Assembly (NCBI GenBank): GCA_963924565.1
Contig: OZ004608.1
Coordinates: 5,332,001-5,396,000, forward strand
Direction: 5' to 3'
Origin: Ascidiella aspersa
Taxonomy: Eukaryota
Length of the DNA: 64,000 nt
Below are positions 60,672-64,000 of this stretch, in pieces. Made by a program: the position numbers and the translations under genes. Positions within the stretch are counted from its first letter, which is position 1; each line of letters starts with the position of its first letter. The notes below the pieces were generated by a model. The model was given only the letters and a program-made list of their open reading frames with translations, ran no database searches and was not told the DNA's origin.

Positions 60672-63600
60672 AAAGAGCCTTGGGTTTGGGTTCGAACCAA
60701 ATATATTAGGTAACGTTGCGTGAGCGATTTAACTTATCGAAAGCGTTTTTAGTTAAAATAAAGTATTCAATTGTTTTCAGCATTGAAATCAAAGATTGTG
60801 TCTGAAGATTCTTTATAATCAGAGCTGAGCAAAGTTCTACTGAATTTCACTGTTGTAATGACTGATAAAGAGCCTTTATAATGACTGATGAAGTGCACAG
60901 TCATTTCAAAATGATTTGTTTATAACCCTGCTGAACTTATATGTGGAGGATTTTGCAAAACGTTGGCTTTTATGCAAATACATCGCCCGATATTAAAAAT
61001 CGAATGGTTCACATAATGTTTCGAACCATGGTATGAGCTTCGATATGAAAATCCTCTTACAATAGACAAGGAAGGATGGTATAAAAATATGTTTATATTA
61101 CTACAACGTGAGCCTACAAATTTCGAAACTAGAGTGTCTAGGCATACCGAAACCAGCATGTTTATGTTCAAGCCAGGAAAAGTCAACATCTTAATCGTGT
61201 CTTTGGGTCTTTTCGGTTTGAGGGCAATTTGTAGATTTATGTCAAACATTTAAGAAAATTTCCCAGTAAAAATCAGGGCCAAAAAATACAAACCTTGGCC
61301 GTATCCTCCATATTTGCTTACACTCTGCTTCTAACACCACTTCATATCGCTTAGGTTTCCACAGTTCAGGCGAAAATTATTAGGCAGTGCATTTCTTTGC
61401 ATTCCGTTTAGCAAGCGGGAAAACACCTAAAAAGATGTAAAAACTTATAATAAGTAGCTAAAAGTATACTTATCTTATAAAACAAGTTTATCACAGTAAT
61501 TAGAAAGCGCAGAAACAGGATTTTTGTTTGGGGAAGGCCTTAAAAAAATTCAAAGATGACATCACAAAGTTACGTCCGAACGTGACGTCACAAATTTGCA
61601 TCTAAATTAACTTAGAGATGACATCAAAACGTTGCGTCCGAACGTTACGTCACAAATTTCAGGTTGGATAGGTGTTAACTGCAATACAATAGCTGCATTA
61701 CAAAGATGTTATCCATTCGCGCAAAGCGAAAAAAACTCCTTTTAACGTTTAATTTGAATTTAAGCCGAAAACGATTTTAGCAAAATGGGATAAGACATAA
61801 AAGAAACCCAAGTGAGAAATTTGTGTTAACGTAAATAATTAGGCAAAAAGTACAGTTTGTGGTGGAACATAGCCATGTGCATATGCCCCTTGGACCCGCC
61901 CCTAGTAATAAGGCATGTTTAACGGCTGCACTTCGATTCCTAAAGTGTGTTTACGGCCAGTCCCTTTAAGTTGCGCAACTGTGCAAATGCGCTGCACCGC
62001 AACAGCACTTCAGCAGCAAAATAAACTTCTAGCGACTTGCCGAATCAGCTATTTATCAGGAAGGTAATAAACCTTAACAAAGTGTACAAACATTGACACA
62101 AAAGCAAGAAGCTATGTGAATTCATTCTGAATTTTGTTCACATTTTGGTCAAACTATATACCTACTCTCAATGTATTTAGTGTTTATTTACCTATTCTCC
62201 ATAGTTTTTAATTCACCTAGGACTCTGCCAACTCCTCCCTAAATCGCCTAAAATATCCATTTTTACTTAAAAATACTTATGCTCAATGCGAATCTTTCCT
62301 TGAGGAATCACTACTTAAAGGCAAACAGCAATGTCGACCGCTTTAACCGCTTGACTTTCAGTGAAAACCGCACTGCTGGTTCATATACAACATTAAACAG
62401 CCTTCGCCAAAGTGTGCTCGTAAAGCTACCTAGCCAAGGAGCGACGTTTAAGCACAGAGTCAACAAGAAGTTAATACAACATAGCACGAGAAACGATCAC
62501 AGCACAGCAATCCAGTGGTCTAGCCTTGTTTGAGGTCTGCTGATCATCACATGAAACCTTGTGTCAATTATATGTGGTCCTGGATTAATGTGCTATTAGT
62601 CAGCATAAATGTCTAAAATAAAACGCAAAATATCAGGGCTGTTTTTAACAGCGAAAGCGAAAAACCTGTAAAAGTAATAAGAGGACGTTTGTGACGTAAC
62701 AGTGCACGCCAATTGGGCGAGCGTAGTATAACTGTGATACTAGTTAACTTTTTTCAAACGTGACGTTACAAAGTTACGTCATAACTGATGGCGCAAAACT
62801 ACGTCAAAAATTGACGTCAAAAAGTCACATCTAAACGTGATGCCATAAAGATGAAGCCTTAAGAACACAACACAGTTCGTTTATTTTGTAAGTTTTAAAT
62901 TGGATAGGTGTTACTTTTAGTGCCAAAAGCTACATTATAAATATGTTATCGATTCGCGCAAAGCGAAAAAGGCTTTTATATCGTTTAATTTGCCAACACA
63001 TTCACACCACATAACGGATACAACTGAACGCTTAGCCATATTGTACTGAAAGCAAATAACAGTCATTAACAAAATATCTAAAAGATTTAGGGTTTCCGTA
63101 TCACATACCGTCTGTAGCAAGCAATAATCCTTTTAACTAAACAAGCCAAGTGTAGGCCTATCGTCATTAAGCTGCAAAAATGCGCCTTAAATAGGAAAAA
63201 ACATCGAAAGTCTAGTCTATCAAAGAATCTATCAAAATTGGGGTCGTCAAAGAATATCTCCAAAAATATGTCTATAGGTTCTACCGAAAGGAACCCTAAA
63301 CTTAGCTAACAGTAGCCTAACACAATCAATCTTAGTTAGTAGTCGTATTTCTAAATATTTGGTGGCACAGTTGAACGACAAACTCTACTGCAGTGTCATG
63401 TTCCTACTATATTACATTCTAATTTAGACCTTATTAAGCGCGATTGTGCTGTTGTAATACTAACTCTCGTTAACCATTGCCACCTAATTGCAACAACCTA
63501 TAAAGCAATATAATCTAAACTCTGAAACAGCCTACTTCCCTTTAGTTTCGTTGCATGTTACAGTGTACGGTTTACCTAGCCCAAGCCACTACACAAAGTG

Positions 63601-64000
63601 CTAGAAACTAAGCAGACGCGAGACGCGCTCACCGGAACGCTAATCCACAAAAGCACAGTTTCAGCTCGCAGCTCTACCCAGCTCACCAAGCGCTACCCTT
63701 GACCCGACAACTGCCGTCTGTAGGTGGGGAATTTCCAGGCGTTTTCGAGCACCAAAGAACACGGCCGCTTTGAAAACGGCCAGCCCACTTCATAGGATTT
63801 ATTTTGAGCCCTTCAACCAGCAAATGTGCAAAAAGAGACCAAGATAAAGCATAAAATACTAGTAGGCTACTTCTGAAGTGAAATATAACCCTCAAAAGGG
63901 TAGAAATTGATTTAAAATTTGATTTCACTTTAGAGTCGATCGGTTTGCTTTTTCAGGCGTATTTTAACACCACAACACCTGGCCGCTTTATAATCCTTAT

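Noticed and set aside
63800-63825. cccttcaaccagc, matching the 3' part of miR-133
   Set aside because: The seed differs (ttgagcc versus ttggtcc) and there is no complementary 5' arm to form a hairpin.

Overview
Eukaryotic, intron-containing, AT-rich animal DNA. An ascidian/tunicate source is likely from the compact introns and the strong TGACGTCA enrichment, but this is inference only. Most ORF-track entries are spurious, so I rebuilt genes by hand from GT-AG sites and reading phase. Contents from left to right: (1) a complete cdc25 phosphatase gene on the minus strand (3858-16604; 11 core exons plus one optional or alternative first exon) with a 7-kb CpG-rich regulatory intron; (2) a 4-copy ~1.4-kb tandem array (22.5-27.8 kb) with a non-coding, indel-free ~330-bp core; (3) a ~6.5-7-kb segmental duplication in which each unit holds an intact GPI-type Ly6/three-finger gene behind a kappaB/STAT-like + TATA promoter, plus an inverted decayed Ly6 paralog; (4) a third Ly6-domain gene with a repetitive mucin stalk and a transmembrane helix; (5) a convergent 16-exon gene encoding a non-RD RIP-like kinase fused to a six-repeat Kelch propeller. 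The introns of gene 5 contain nested MITEs, a tRNA-derived SINE and inverted Penelope-type minimal hammerhead motifs. The best leads are the kinase-Kelch fusion, the linked diversifying Ly6 cluster, the tandem array and the hammerhead palindrome.
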